Source: Phoronis australis (lineage: Eukaryota > Animalia > Phoronida). Taken from it: DNA of 64,000 bases. Location of the stretch: the NCBI GenBank assembly GCA_002633005.1, contig NMRA01000375.1:136241-200240 (forward strand), written 5' to 3'. Within the stretch, counting starts at the first letter, position 1; each line of letters opens with the position of its first letter. A program made the position numbers and the translations under genes. Positions 52,201-64,000 of the stretch are shown in pieces. The notes under the pieces were generated by a model, which saw only the letters and a program-made list of their open reading frames with translations, made no database searches and had not been told where the DNA came from.

Positions 52201-55200
52201 GAACTTAACCAAGGCTCAGCTCACTGATAAAACTCTGTAAGTATACTCTGATACTGTAGGGCAAAATCTCGGCTAATTTGGATGAAAATTGTTAGCCAAG
52301 GTTGCCTTTAATTTATGATTTACTTAGTGAATTTTCACAAACCTTCACATTGCCACAGTTAGTAAATACCATCAAAGCACAAAATGTCATGATTTAGAAA
52401 ACAATCTTGCAACTACTTTAAAGGCACTGATTTTAAGCTGCATGAGTAAATGCAGTGCCTACTTTATGGTACCACTAACTGACCGCTGTACGACAATAGT
52501 TAGTATCCTATATGTCAGTGTTCAGTGTCGGTGGTCATTTGTTTTTACACCAGATGTCACTTCAGTGTCTGTAGTGAAGTCGTAGCTTCCAGTATTGCAG
52601 TGTCCAGCATCCTGTCAACCTTAACTCTCTTGTCTTTCATTATAATTATCCTCTTTAATGTTGTCACTGTAATATTACCTACGACACCATTCTCAAATGT
52701 TTTTCTTAGTTCACCGCTTCCTACACCTGTCCAATTCTCTGATCAGTACCAGTGTGAACAGGGCACCAGTAGCAGTGTGAACAGGCCTTGATATTTAATT
52801 TTATTAGTAACAGATCATGGACCAGACAGTGTAATTTTGATTGTCTCAGCATGATATCATTCTGTCTGTATCCCTATTTCAGTAACAGTGCCTGGATCAA
52901 TGTTATCCTCTCCATCTGCGTGATATTCGCCATGGCTGTCATCCCGGCCAGCTTCACTATGTATCTGATTGAAGACAGAGTATCCACGTCAAAACATCTC
53001 CAATTTGTGAGCGGTGTGAACCCTCTGGTTTACTGGGTGTCTACTTATATGTGGGATGTTGTAAGTATTCTGCCAAGGACACATTGGTGACTAGGACTAG
53101 TATTAGCAAGTCAAACATGAATAGTTAATTGTTAAGCCTTTTACTGGCTCATAGCATCGCTCTCATAATATTCCTTACTTACAATATTCTTCGACTACTC
53201 AAGAAAACACTTCAAAGTTTATTGGGATTGGTCAACCCTAAAATTATGAATTTGAAAATGGTGCCTGTAGACGTTTAAGTTGGTTATGATACTGAAATCT
53301 TGTCACTGTAAGGAATATTTATGAGAATGATTTTCATTTGTGGCCAGCTAAGTAGGGCGCAATGCAGCCTTACGTGCTTTCCCTTAGAGATTGAATATAA
53401 AATATCCATGCAATTTGGAGCATTTATTTTGTAATCTGACTGTAAAAGAAATTGTAATAACAAAACATTTGTGGAACAAAAAATTAATGCGCCCTGACAG
53501 TGGAGAGAAAAATATTTTTCCAGAACACGTACCCATTTCAGAGGAATGGGTCTTGGGGAGAGGAAACTAAGAATACTTTTCTGATCGCGTAATCGAAAGC
53601 GAAAGTCATTCACTTGTTTTTAAGGTGACTGTTCTTGATGATGTGTAAATTAAGTAAGAAACAATGGAATACTTCTTAATGTTAAATAAATGCTTTATTC
53701 TAAGCAATTCAATGTATTCTGAGACTACTGATTGCCAATTCCTTACAATTTGTTGTCAACTTTTATTTAAACTCCCTCAAACCAGATTCATTGATATGTT
53801 TTTACAATAGATCATCCTGATGAGATGGAGTGCCCTTTAAAGTATGCCCAGCCACACATTCACCTGATGGTCATGTTTATCTTGCTTACAGATGAACTAC
53901 ACAGTGACAGCCTTGGTGTGCTACACGCTTTTCTTTATATTTAATGCCGAGGCTTTCATCATCCCAGAGCATGCCCCATGTATGGTGTTATTGCTCTTCT
54001 TGTACGGGTAAGTTAACTTAATATTGTTTTCCAATCATAGTGGTGTCTTATCCGTGAGCCTTCTCGTTGATGTGGCGTTTCACCGGTGTGTCCTTTGGTC
54101 GACATGTCCTGTGGTCAACGTGTCCTCTGGTTGACCTGTGTTCTTGGCAGTATGTTTTCTCATCTACTGGGTACTTGACTTCTTGTTTCTTGTCACTAGG
54201 AACTTGCTAAAAATCAAGAGTTCACGAGATTACGTGAGATATTGCAGTGTGTTTTTAATGAGAACATGTGATTTTGGCTAGATTTTAGCAAGATCCTAGC
54301 ATAGGTCCTAGGGTTATTGAACTCCACCCTGATGTCTCTTTTGTGTTAATTATTGATGGACTCTACGGTTTTTGATGACTGCATGAGGTTTTAATTACTG
54401 CCTTTGGTGTACTCATTCATCATGACAGCAATAGTCATATGTAAGGGTCCTAGGTTTTGAGAACCAGTTTGATGCTTGTTATTAAGTGCTGAAAACTGGT
54501 TCTCCAAGTACGGTGCCCCTGTAAGTGACCATTACCCACCATATCATTCCAGCTGGGCCATAATCCCCATGATGTACCCGTTCAGTTACGTATTCAAAGT
54601 GCCCAGTACTGCCTTTGTTGCTCTTGCTTGCCTCAACATCATGCTGGGTGTCGTGTCAACCATCGCCACCTACATCCTAGATCTCTTCCCAGATGAGGTA
54701 AGTAATCACTTCTGTCACATTCTCTCATAGACTGTGTGGCTTCAGGTGTTATATTTAATGTTAAATTGCAAAAAACAATAAACCACTGCCTTCTTTAGTA
54801 AACCACTGCCTTCTTTCTAAATATGGTTGATTAAAGTCTCTTTACGTACCAAAATTGGTCACATCTCATTCCTTACTTGGATTTAATAAAATTTTAAGAC
54901 TTGGCAAGAACTGGTGGTCCGTTGTGGCTTCACCGGGTTAGTTACAGTTGTTAGTCATGCCGGATTGGTTTCAACATGACTTTCAGGAATTCCAGTATTT
55001 TTTGTACTAGTAACCTCACTCAATGCATTAATTGCAAACAATGGATTGCAGTTCAATTACGTTGCTTTGGCAGATCAAGTACTCCGGTGAAGAAAGTTGT
55101 TTTTGTAGTTACCAGTTCATGGTTTATAGACGACTTAATGTTAGGCGACTATTTTGCTGTGTTTACTGAACCCAGACATGTTTGTGCATTACTGTTGTTG

Positions 55201-58200
55201 ATTAGTGGAAAATGAGAGGCATTAATTTTACTGTCAGAGAATGACTTTCATCAGCAAAAATCTTTTTACTTGCAGTAAATTGAATTTCCACTCCTACGGT
55301 GCAACATTGGCACTTTGTAGGTGTATTAATCACACAGCGTGTGGCCAATGTTGTGTCAATCAAACTAGTGTCAATCGCTTGGCGTGCCAATCACACAGTA
55401 TGTCAATTTTACATTTTGTCAATCAAACGGTGTGTAAATCAGGTAGCTTGTCAATCTCAACTTAGGTTAGTTGCTCAGTGTGTCGCCTCTGTTGCAGGAG
55501 CTGAAGGCTATCAATGTTGTACTAAAAGAGGTGTTCCTTATGTTACCTCACTACTGCCTGGGCCGGGGACTGGTGGATATGGCGTACAACTACCTGAACT
55601 ACCAGGTCTCATCTGTGTATTGTAAGTCCACATCATTTGCAGTGAACCGTTGTGTTGATTTTATGGGGACACGCCTTTTAATTTGATGCTGGTTGAAAGT
55701 TAAGTCTGTATGCCGTGTTGCATGTTTGACATTGCGAAGGTACCAAGTTTGACATTGCGAGGGTACCAAGTTTGACATTGCGAGGGTACCAAGTTTGACA
55801 TTGCGAGTGTACCAAGTTTGACATTGCGAGGGTACCAAGTTTGACATTGCGAGGGTACCAAGTTTGACATTGCGAGGTTACCAAGTTTGACATTGCGAGG
55901 GTACCAAGTTTGACATTGCGAGGGTACCAAGTTTGTCATAAGGTCTACTATATGTCATGCTGGGAATAATCTTTTGAATGCCACAAAATGTGATAGGTCA
56001 GTTTTCTAGTCAAATCCAGGGTTTTCTAGAAATAACTTGGGCCTGCTGAAGAGCCTACACTTGGATACAAACAGGTTTTCGAAACCAGCTGGTATCACAG
56101 CAGTGACCAGAATGTATTTTCTCAGGTCTAGGCCTAAAACTGGAAATTCTTTAAGGTTAATCGTTATAATGTCATTATCCCACACCACTCAAACGGCACT
56201 ATTGTATCTTATTTATCTTTTTTATCCTGTTTTACCTTGTAGTTGAGTCCACTGTCTTGGACCCATTCAAGTGGAAAGAAGTTGGCAAGAATCTGTTCTG
56301 TCTGGCAGTGGAGGGGTGTGCCTTCTTTGTCTTAGTCATTCTCATCCAATACAAGTTTTTTGTCCCACAATCATGTTTTCAGAAAGGGTGAGTATCTTCT
56401 TGAGTCACCTCTTTATAAACTGTTCCAACAGAAAGACAGTCACCCAATATCGCATGTTATTAGATTTGTGGGTGGGTTATGTAAACGTTTTGATTTGTCA
56501 TCGGTCTTGAAAATTACCGAAATCTCTTCTTAGTTTTGTTGTTGAAGTTGCAAAGTCTTAAAAAAATCAAAAGAAATTGGCAGTGAAGGAATAGAAAGTA
56601 TCTGCAAACGAGGTTTCATGTAAACAATGAATGGTGTTTTCATTGTACATATTTCCTGACCTACAGTACAAGCCGAAAGTTTTCATGCAAAATGACCCAC
56701 AATTCCCTGTTATGGCTGGGTAGAAGTCGAATCTATCATCAGAGTTGTCTCCCCTGATGACTGAGAATGAAGAAGAATTAACAGGACAGTTAGTAACTAG
56801 AATTCCCCCATCCTAATAGTTATACTCATTTTTGCTTTTAACAAAATTAGCCATCATGACGGGAAAACAGTATTTTGTCTGATTACTTTTGCCTTGTACT
56901 TTGACCTGGTGAAAGTATTCAGTGAATTTCTGTGTTGTGCTCTTCTTTGAAGCCTGGAAATCATTACAGTTACATGTCACAAGTAAAAGAATTTAAATTT
57001 TTCCTTTTTAAGGTCTTCTCACATTGTCATGAATGCCTACAGTTTTAGAATATTGTCTGGTGGTAGCTTTAATTACCAGAGCTTTAACAAAGAAAATCTT
57101 TACTTTGGTGTTATCTGTTTGGAAAAACTGACTATAATAAGTAATTAAATTTCAGTTCTCCGTCATGTTGCCTTCTAGATTGGTGACATTTACCATATAG
57201 TTATTGCTCAACCTTGGCAACATGCAGAGATAACTGGAGATCTGATTCACAGTTGGTAGTGTGGCTTTGAAACTCACTAGAACAGGACTTTGCATTAGTT
57301 TGAAATAGCTGTGTGTTGTCGTTTATCATGCTGGTGTTTATCATGCTGGTGTTTATCATGCTGGTGTTTATCATGCTGGTGTTTATCCTGTGGTTTCTGA
57401 GCAATCTTCAACTACCTTTCTTGGTCAGGCTGTTCAAGATGCATACACCACCTATTGGTGAAGAGGATGAAGATGTCGCCATGGAGAGAGACCGTGTCAA
57501 TAGTGGCCGGGCCAATAGGGACATGATGGTTCTGAAAAATCTTAAAAAGGTGACTATACTGTTTAGGGTAACTTTCTGATGTTACATATTGTTGGTATTC
57601 ACTAGCGATCTTAGAGGTATTCCATGTAGGTACCTTTAATGCAAACAGGGAACATGCAAACTACATGCAAAGCATTTGCATCTTGGCATAACCACAAACC
57701 ATTTTTCTTCATCTTTACAGAACAATGGACTGTAATGCTGGTCATGAAATGTTTGTCATAGGCTGAGTTTTGCATTGCCCATGTCCTACAACTGAAAAAT
57801 GGTATGACTCTGTCGGTCTCCCCATTTAAGCTGTGTCGAGAGCAATAGCCAAGATTGTTGTTATTGTAGGTTTACCGAACCAACAGAGGCAAACGATTGG
57901 TAGCCGTGGATGGACTGTGTGTTGGAGTGCCTAAAGGTCAGTGCTTTGGACTGCTGGGTATTAACGGGGCAGGCAAGACAACCACATTCAAGATGTTGAC
58001 AGGAGACACATCAGTGACATCTGGTGATGCAACGGTGTCTGGATATAGGTATGTAGGGTAGGAGGTGTGAGTAAGGATATTGGCTTGGTAAAGGTTAGCA
58101 CAATATTTAGTATACAGGAGGTGCTCGCTGAGTAGTCGTAGGATGTTAATGTGCTCTTGCTGGCTTGGTAAAGGTTAGCACAATGTTTAGTATACAGGAG

Positions 58201-61200
58201 GTGCTCGCTGAGTAGTCGTAGGATATTAATGTGCTCTCGCTGGTTTTGAAGTATTTGCCCACAGTGCTTTGCTTCCTTAAAGCGTCAAGCCTCAGTTGTT
58301 TACTGCTGCAGTATTAATTTGCAATAGAAAAGTTACTGCAGTTAGTTTTTGGTATTGCATAGTGAGTTATCATGCAGACACAAAGCTGAGTGAGGCGTAA
58401 CAAATTTTTTTCTATTTATTAGTAACTGAGATCAGAAAATGTGTTAGTGGCCCTGCCTTTAAAAATTTGGTCAGTCGTACACAGCATTGTTGTACTGCTG
58501 CAAAAGATGAGACTAGTTAAATCCAGAATGTGGGAATTGCACTTTCTTGTGACTCATTGTTGCTATAAACTTGCCGTCCATGTAAAGAAATTTCTTTTGA
58601 TGATGATCACTTACTGCTATATAACCGGTCTCATGTTGTTCCTTACTCAGGTGAAAATCAAAGTCTGACACTTTGTATTGCTCGAGATTTAAGGCACTTG
58701 GAATAATTTGCTGTAACAAGATAACATATATTTTCAGTGTCCTCACCCACATGACCAAAGTCCATCAGAAGATGGGTTACTGTCCTCAATTTGATGCCCT
58801 GGACAGTTTATTATCTGGACGTGAGCACCTGGAGTTCTATTCTCGACTCAGGGGTGTACCTGAGAAAGATGTATCGCGGGTAAGCAGTGGAGAAAAATCC
58901 ACATCTGGGCTTCTGTAACAATGTGTGTTTGTCCATGGGTAGTTTCTTGATTTTAGTAGTAATTATGTCATTGCTGTACCTTTACCTTTCTGTGCCAGGG
59001 AAAGCTGGGGGAGGTGATGTGTCTGAAGTTGAATGGTCAGCATGTTAAAGTAGAACATAATATTTCACCTAGTTTTTTCTATGTTGTTGTTAGAGTTTTT
59101 CAGCATTCCCCCTTCTTGTCACTAGCAGATTATGTCCCTGTTGTGAGATTTTCCTGGAAACATCAGTATCACTACTGTACTAGTGATTTGATATAGAAAT
59201 GGGATTCTAGAATTGGGGTTATTGAATGAAAGCAACCTCCACAGAGTGACACAGCCCTATGAATGGAACTACTCCTGGCACCTTGTCTTCTGATCTGTTA
59301 ACCTGATTTGTTAAGTTTGCCTACTGGGTATATATTCATACGTTCTTTACTCTGGTCACCAGGTGGCAGAATGGTGCCTGCGTAAGATGAATCTGACTGA
59401 GCACGCGGACAAACAGTCATGTCAATACTCTGGTGGTAACAAGCGGAAACTGTCTACTGCCATTGCCCTCATAGGCAACCCACCTGTTATATTCCTCGTA
59501 AGTTTTTCTAGAGCTTGCATTCTTGTCTGTTGTCATATTGACATTTTATGCCTGTCTTGAATGGTAACACACTGAAATTTTGTTTATGTTTTGTGTTATG
59601 AGCATCTCTTTCAGCCTACCAATGTCATAAAGTGCTGATAATGTAATGGCCAGTTGGACTTTTTGCCTTACATTCGTCTATGTCACTGCGACAATCTCTT
59701 TAATTCNAAGGCACTTGGGATAACTTGCTGTAACAAGATAACATTCATATATTTTCAGTGTCCTCACCCACATGACCAAAGTCCATCAGAAGATGGGTTA
59801 CTGTCCTCAATTTGATGCCCTGGACAGTTTATTATCTGGACGTGAACACCTGGAGTTCTATTCTCGACTCAGGGGTGTACCTGAGAAAGATGTATCGCGG
59901 GTAAGCAGGGGAGAAGAATCCACATCTGGGCTTCTGTATTAATGTGTGTTTGTCCATGGGTAGTTTCTTGATTTTAATAGTGATTATCTCAATGCTGTAC
60001 CTTTACTTTTCTGTCCCTGGGAAAGCTGGGGGAGGTGATGCATCTGAAGTTGAATTGTCAGCATGTTAAAGTTGAACATATTTCACCTAGTTTTTTCTAT
60101 GTTTTTGTTAGAGTTTTTCAGCATTCCCCCTTCTTGTCACTAGCAGATTATGTCCCTGTTGTGAGATTTTCCTGGAAACATCAGCATCACTACTGTACTA
60201 GTGATTTGATACAGAAATGGGATTCTAGAAATGGGGTTATTGAATGAAAGCAACCTCCACAGAGTGACACAGCCCTATGAATGGAACTACTCCTGGCACC
60301 TTGTCTTCTGATCTGTTAACCTGATTTGTTAAGTTTGCCTACTGGGTATATATTCATACGTTCTTTACTCTGGTCACCAGGTGGCAGAATGGTGCCTGCG
60401 TAAGATGAATCTGACTGAGCACGCGGACAAACAGTCATGTCAATACTCTGGTGGTAACAAGCGGAAACTGTCTACTGCCATTGCCCTCATAGGCAACCCA
60501 CCTGTTATATTCCTCGTAAGTTTTTCTAGAGCTTGCATTCTTGTCTGTTGTCATATTGACATTTTATGCCTGTCTTGAATGGTAACACACTGAAATTTTG
60601 TTTATGTTTTGTGTTATGAGCATCTCTTTCAGCCTACCAATGTCATAAAGTGCTGATAATGTAATGGCCAGTTGGACTTTTTGCCTTACATTCGTCTATG
60701 TCACTGCGACAATCTCTTTAATTCAAGTTTTGCTGAACAACACTGCACACAGGTGTTCTTTTCACATCCCTTTTCAATACAACTACTGTTGGTCTTCTGT
60801 TATGAGTTCTTTATAATTGTGGTGACGCAATATGACTACTTCTTGTTTTGTTTAATGTGGCTGCAGTGAAGTTTTTAATGCTTTCTTGTGTTGCTAAGTG
60901 TCGTTAGGACAACCTAAAATAACAAAAATCCATTGAAGGAAAGCTTTAAAGGAACGTTCATTGTCTTTTCATTCGCTGCCTAAATTTTAAATTATAAACT
61001 TGGTATCCTTTGCCATGGAAAATATTTTGCCAACTTTTTCATAGTGCGATAGAAATGAGATCTTGAGTCTGAATCCAAAACTGTGCTGGCCAAACCTTCA
61101 AATCAATTATTGACTGGATGACAATGGAAAGTTACAGCCAGAAGTTAGATAGTTCTCCTGAACATTCAATGCTGATTGGCCTGAACATTCTGGCATTCAA

Positions 61201-63848
61201 TGCTGATTGGCCAGATTAATTTCGCGTCAGTGGATTATTGCTTGGCACCGAAACAGACTCTTAGTAACTAATGTGTGCACCAACTATCTATCTATTACTG
61301 TATGTCTTCTGTCACCAAGGTAACCATTCTCAGCTCAGGTATTTGTCCCGATTATTAGTACACAACCTCTTCTTTCACCTGATACTGTCATCTAATCTAA
61401 GGTGTGCCAGGTGAACCGCAGTGCTTTTGTTCATACAGTGTTTCATTTACTGGTCTTCTACTGTTGTAGGATGAGCCCACAACAGGCATGGACCCGAAGG
61501 CTCGCCGCTTTTTGTGGAACCGCATCAACAGCATAACACGTGAAGGCAGATCTGTCATACTTACTACCCATAGGTTAGTGCCAATGATCACACAACCAGC
61601 GGTGGATAAGTCTTTAAAGTAAACAGGGTGATGCTGAACGATGTATTGATGCAAGAACGTGTGGCTGTCTATTTCATCACAAGGCCTTTCCACTAATTAA
61701 ATTTTTGTTAGCTTACATGGCTGTTTTCTTGAATTTTGTCTTGTCTCTCTGTAATAGACTTAACAACTAGGTTGCAACAATGGGAAAGTAATGTCTGACA
61801 AACGTCCCAACTAACTGTGGCATAATTCTGCCATAAGGTGTGCCAATACTACACCTGAGCTCGACATAATGGTTGTACATTCAGTTGCTTTCACTAGAAC
61901 ACCAATCACATTTGCATACTATTCTTGAAGACTTTAACCTGAAGCATGTTCTACCTGAGTCTGCTTTGATTATGAACGAATGTTTTGTTGGTTTCAGTAT
62001 GGAAGAGTGCGAAGCTCTCTGTAACAGGCTGGGTATTATGGTGAATGGCAAGTTTAAGTGTTTAGGCAGTATACAACACTTAAAGAACAGGTAACTTCAA
62101 ATTCCATGTTAAGCTCAGTAACGTGCAATCAAGCATTCAGTCTCAATTAAATGCGATGTTAGATTTCTTTTTCCACACCCGCACACGCACACAACTGCAG
62201 CGTGTACTCCTCATGATACTTCTAGATTTTAGATTTAAGCACCTGTCCGTTTAGTTCTAGCCGGATTTTGATAATTTCAATTTCTTCACTGGCTGATATG
62301 GTCCTCACCTCAGGGTGACTTATTCCTTTTGCAGTGTGAGATGACTCTTGGTCCCCATGGTTTCCTTACCAACAATTTTGCTTGCATTGTGGACATGTCA
62401 GCGTTGACTTGATCACTATGATGAGATAATGCCGGAATAACGTTGCTGACGAGATTTGAAGTTTCTTTTTTGTAAGAGTTTACAATGCCCTTAATTTATG
62501 CCCTTCTGTATTGTGCGCAGGTTTGGAGATGGTTACACGCTCATTGTCAAGGTATCGGGCACCCGTCCTGAACTACAGCCTCTGAAGGAGTATATAGCAG
62601 AGACATTCCCTCAATCTGTGATTAAAGAAGAACACCACAACATGATACAGTACCAGCTGGGCTCACATGTTGGACTGGCACATGTGTTTAGTGTACTGGA
62701 GTCTATACGTTTAGAGTTCAGTATAGAGGACTACAGCGTCAGCCAGACTACACTAGACCAGGTAAGTGTGCAGTTGTTAATGACTCATATGGCTAGAGTT
62801 GAGTCACAATCGACATGCAAAAAAGAAACTTCAAATTAATATGGGAATCTTGATGGATAAGGCGTTAAGAACTTTATTTGGTTCATTGTGAAATCATGTC
62901 AAATCTAAAGCTGCTTTTATACGAGACACAGTTGTCACCGTGTCAGTGGTCACGGCGCGACTTGCTCCACTTAAGTCACATTTACACGACATTAGATCGC
63001 AAACTGGATCACCATGAGTCATTTGCACGAGGACTGTCTGCACGTGCTTGCATAAACAACATATTGTGAATGTCCAAACTACATGGAATGCCAGCTGATC
63101 AGTTGAATACACACTATTGCGCAAGCACATTGAAAAATGATCCATTTCCGCCTTGCCCCAGCTGTGTTTAGATGTAGTTGACACTGGAGCTAGTGATGGA
63201 GTGTAACTCACTCTACCTATCAAGCCAGTGTCAAAAACTTGCTACTGCTGTGTCACTCGCTCCGTGTCAGCCGTGTTTACATCACACACTTGCATTAAAG
63301 CAGCTGTTCCGTGTTTGGTGGGCCGGGTCAGCTGTCTCTTGTGTAAATGAGGCTTAAAACACTTTCCAGGCATGCAAAATGTGAAGCTCATGGCGTCGTT
63401 TCCTCCTTGAATGGATTCCGGTCTTTCAAATAATGTCAAAAAGCAACAATCGCTGAAACATACTGTGGTTTGGAATTTTTTGTTTTAAAATCCCATAAGC
63501 CGTTCAGTGAGAACCAAGAATAAAAGTTAGTTTTTGTGCGATTATTAGACGATTCTAAACAGCAGGACACTTACTAGTAAACAGTTATTCTCTGTGTTGT
63601 TATAAGCTGTCATTAGGGTCCACAAAATGAGGGAGTCATTGTTAGATTTTAATGACTCCTGGTGTCTTTGGTGGCTCCCGTGTAACAGGATTTGCAATGT
63701 GGTAGTAGTGTTTAATCTGTCCATAGTGCTCACATATCATCTTTATTCCATTTGGTTTCTCTTTATTTGATACATGTATGTTGCTGTCTTCTACAGGTGT
63801 TTATAAACTTAGCCAATCAACAGGTGGACGCAGAAGAATTTGAATTTG
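25268..63848 (+). CDS. ABCA1: ABC subfamily A full transporter, ABCA1/ABCA4/ABCA7-like, with kringle and FN2 insert; 3' end beyond the window
   Basis: Exons 25268-25333, 26104-26197, 27052-27193, 27525-27658, 30073-30203, 30806-31111, 31673-31759, 33176-33395, 33924-34178, 34833-34997, 35636-35775, 35986-36102, 37006-37179, 37759-37852, 38048-38159, 38905-39078, 39842-40064, 40646-40867, 41211-41415, 42046-42165, 42798-42972, 43231-43362, 43921-44060, 44639-44776, 45124-45332, 45645-45935, 46387-46552, 48225-48394, 49276-49424, 50021-50122, 50522-50652, 51053-51173, 51478-51655, 52067-52236, 52883-53060, 53892-54007, 54553-54697, 55498-55621, 56243-56387, 57429-57549, 57870-58048, 58738-58879, 59363-59497 (these two repeated at 59759-59900, 60381-60515), 61470-61573, 61998-62090, 62521-62761, 63797-63848. 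Motifs: [100 protein letters not shown]. The symbol denotes the clade; one-to-one orthology is untested. Confidence 0.95.
28870..29130 (+). repeat. Interspersed repeat family B, copy 1 (others ~47110-47365 and ~56655-56900), all in ABCA introns
   Basis: Shared GTATTTTGTCTGATTACT.TTG.CTTGTA.T and ATGAC..AGA.TGAAG..GAATTAA blocks in the same order and orientation. Confidence 0.6.
33924..34178 (+). CDS. ABCA exon 9: kringle domain (255 nt, phase 1-1)
   Basis: ccag|GC TGT...GCT A|gtaagt. Translates as [36 protein letters not shown]...[33 protein letters not shown]: six Cys and the YCRNPD...PWC signature. Confidence 0.93.
34833..34997 (+). CDS. ABCA exon 10: fibronectin type II domain (165 nt, phase 1-1)
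   Basis: tgtag|AC CAC...TGC A|gtgagt. Translates as [54 protein letters not shown]: GGNS, CxFPF, WCATTAN, WGxC, four Cys. This frame is absent from the supplied ORF track. Confidence 0.92.
39480..39900 (+). repeat. Degenerate ~90-115-bp tandem repeat running into ABCA exon 17
   Basis: Recurrent CCAT..CTCT.TGTACAG.C.TTGACTTG.CCA.AC.TTTGTG..CAT.TG blocks (about four). Confidence 0.6.
40984..41053 (+). repeat. 34-bp tandem duplication
   Basis: TTGGAATGAAGCCATCATGGGGAATTCCAGGCGC twice. Confidence 0.9.
42253..42465. mobile_element. MITE / foldback element with ~55-bp imperfect terminal inverted repeats
   Basis: GATAAAGTTTGAGTCTAATACTGGAATGAAAATTTACAAAAATTGGTGAC pairs with GTCGCTAATTTTTGTAAGTTTTTATTCCAGTGTTAGACTCATACTTTATC. 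Confidence 0.75.
54197..54298. mobile_element. Small inverted-repeat element
   Basis: CTAGGAACTTGCTAAAA ... TTTTAGCAAGATCCTAG (16 of 17 positions pair). Confidence 0.45.
55724..55935 (+). repeat. 23-bp minisatellite, about 9 copies
   Basis: GTTTGACATTGCGAGGGTACCAA head-to-tail, no spacers, a few substitutions. Confidence 0.97.
57321..57387 (+). repeat. 15-bp tandem repeat, four copies plus a partial
   Basis: GTTTATCATGCTGGT repeated. Confidence 0.95.
58081..58243 (+). repeat. 80-bp tandem duplication
   Basis: TGGCTTGGTAAAGGTTAGCACAAT...GTGCTCTTGC at 58081 and 58161, with a few substitutions. Confidence 0.9.
58691..60724 (+). repeat. ~1.02-kb tandem duplication (58691-59706 vs 59708-60724) containing two NBD2 exons; probable haplotype artefact
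   Basis: Copies join at the single N at 59707. Exons are identical apart from one synonymous GAG/GAA change seen by eye; introns differ by SNPs and indels. Confidence 0.92.
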
Positions 63849-64000
63849 GTAAGTGTGTGGCATTCCCACAGTGCTACGTAGATTTTGCAAATTTGGGTTT
63901 AGTGATTTTTTAGCTGTAGACATGGTAACAGACCAAAAAAACAATGAAACCAATTCGAATTCCTATTTGAGTATTCACCAAATGTGTAGCATCCCTGGCT

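Noticed and set aside
55724-55935. 23-bp repeat array as a CRISPR array, and the repetitive ORFs on it ([23 protein letters not shown])
   Set aside because: Units are head-to-tail with no spacers, there are no cas genes, and it lies in a eukaryotic intron. It is a minisatellite and the ORFs are by-products.
57313-57428. Hydrophobic MLVFI repeats as a transmembrane segment
   Set aside because: Translation of a 15-bp intronic tandem repeat upstream of the true acceptor at 57428.
1-64000. tRNA, rRNA, snRNA genes or prokaryotic systems
   Set aside because: None recognised by eye; a tRNAscan-SE and Rfam/Infernal scan would be needed to exclude small intronic RNAs.

Overview
Intron-rich animal genomic DNA (AT-rich, GT-AG introns, draft scaffold with single-N joins and one ~830-nt gap), probably an invertebrate. 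It holds three protein-coding genes: the 5' end of RTCA (minus strand, runs off the window start), a complete 11-exon DBT (plus strand, head-to-head with RTCA, start codons ~360 bp apart), and a near-complete ABCA1/ABCA4/ABCA7-like lipid transporter (plus strand, 47 coding exons from 25268, 3' end beyond the window). The main finding is that the ABCA gene has two extra symmetric phase 1-1 exons, one encoding an intact kringle domain and one an intact fibronectin type II (FN2) domain, inserted in frame into the first extracellular domain. I do not know this architecture from vertebrate ABCA proteins. The 15.7-22.7 kb intergenic region and two NBD2 exons are duplicated in a way best explained by uncollapsed haplotypes. 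The window also holds a Penelope-like GIY-YIG fragment, a split TA-flanked DNA transposon, several MITEs and minisatellites. All exon coordinates were read by hand; comparisons to human genes are from memory and need verification.
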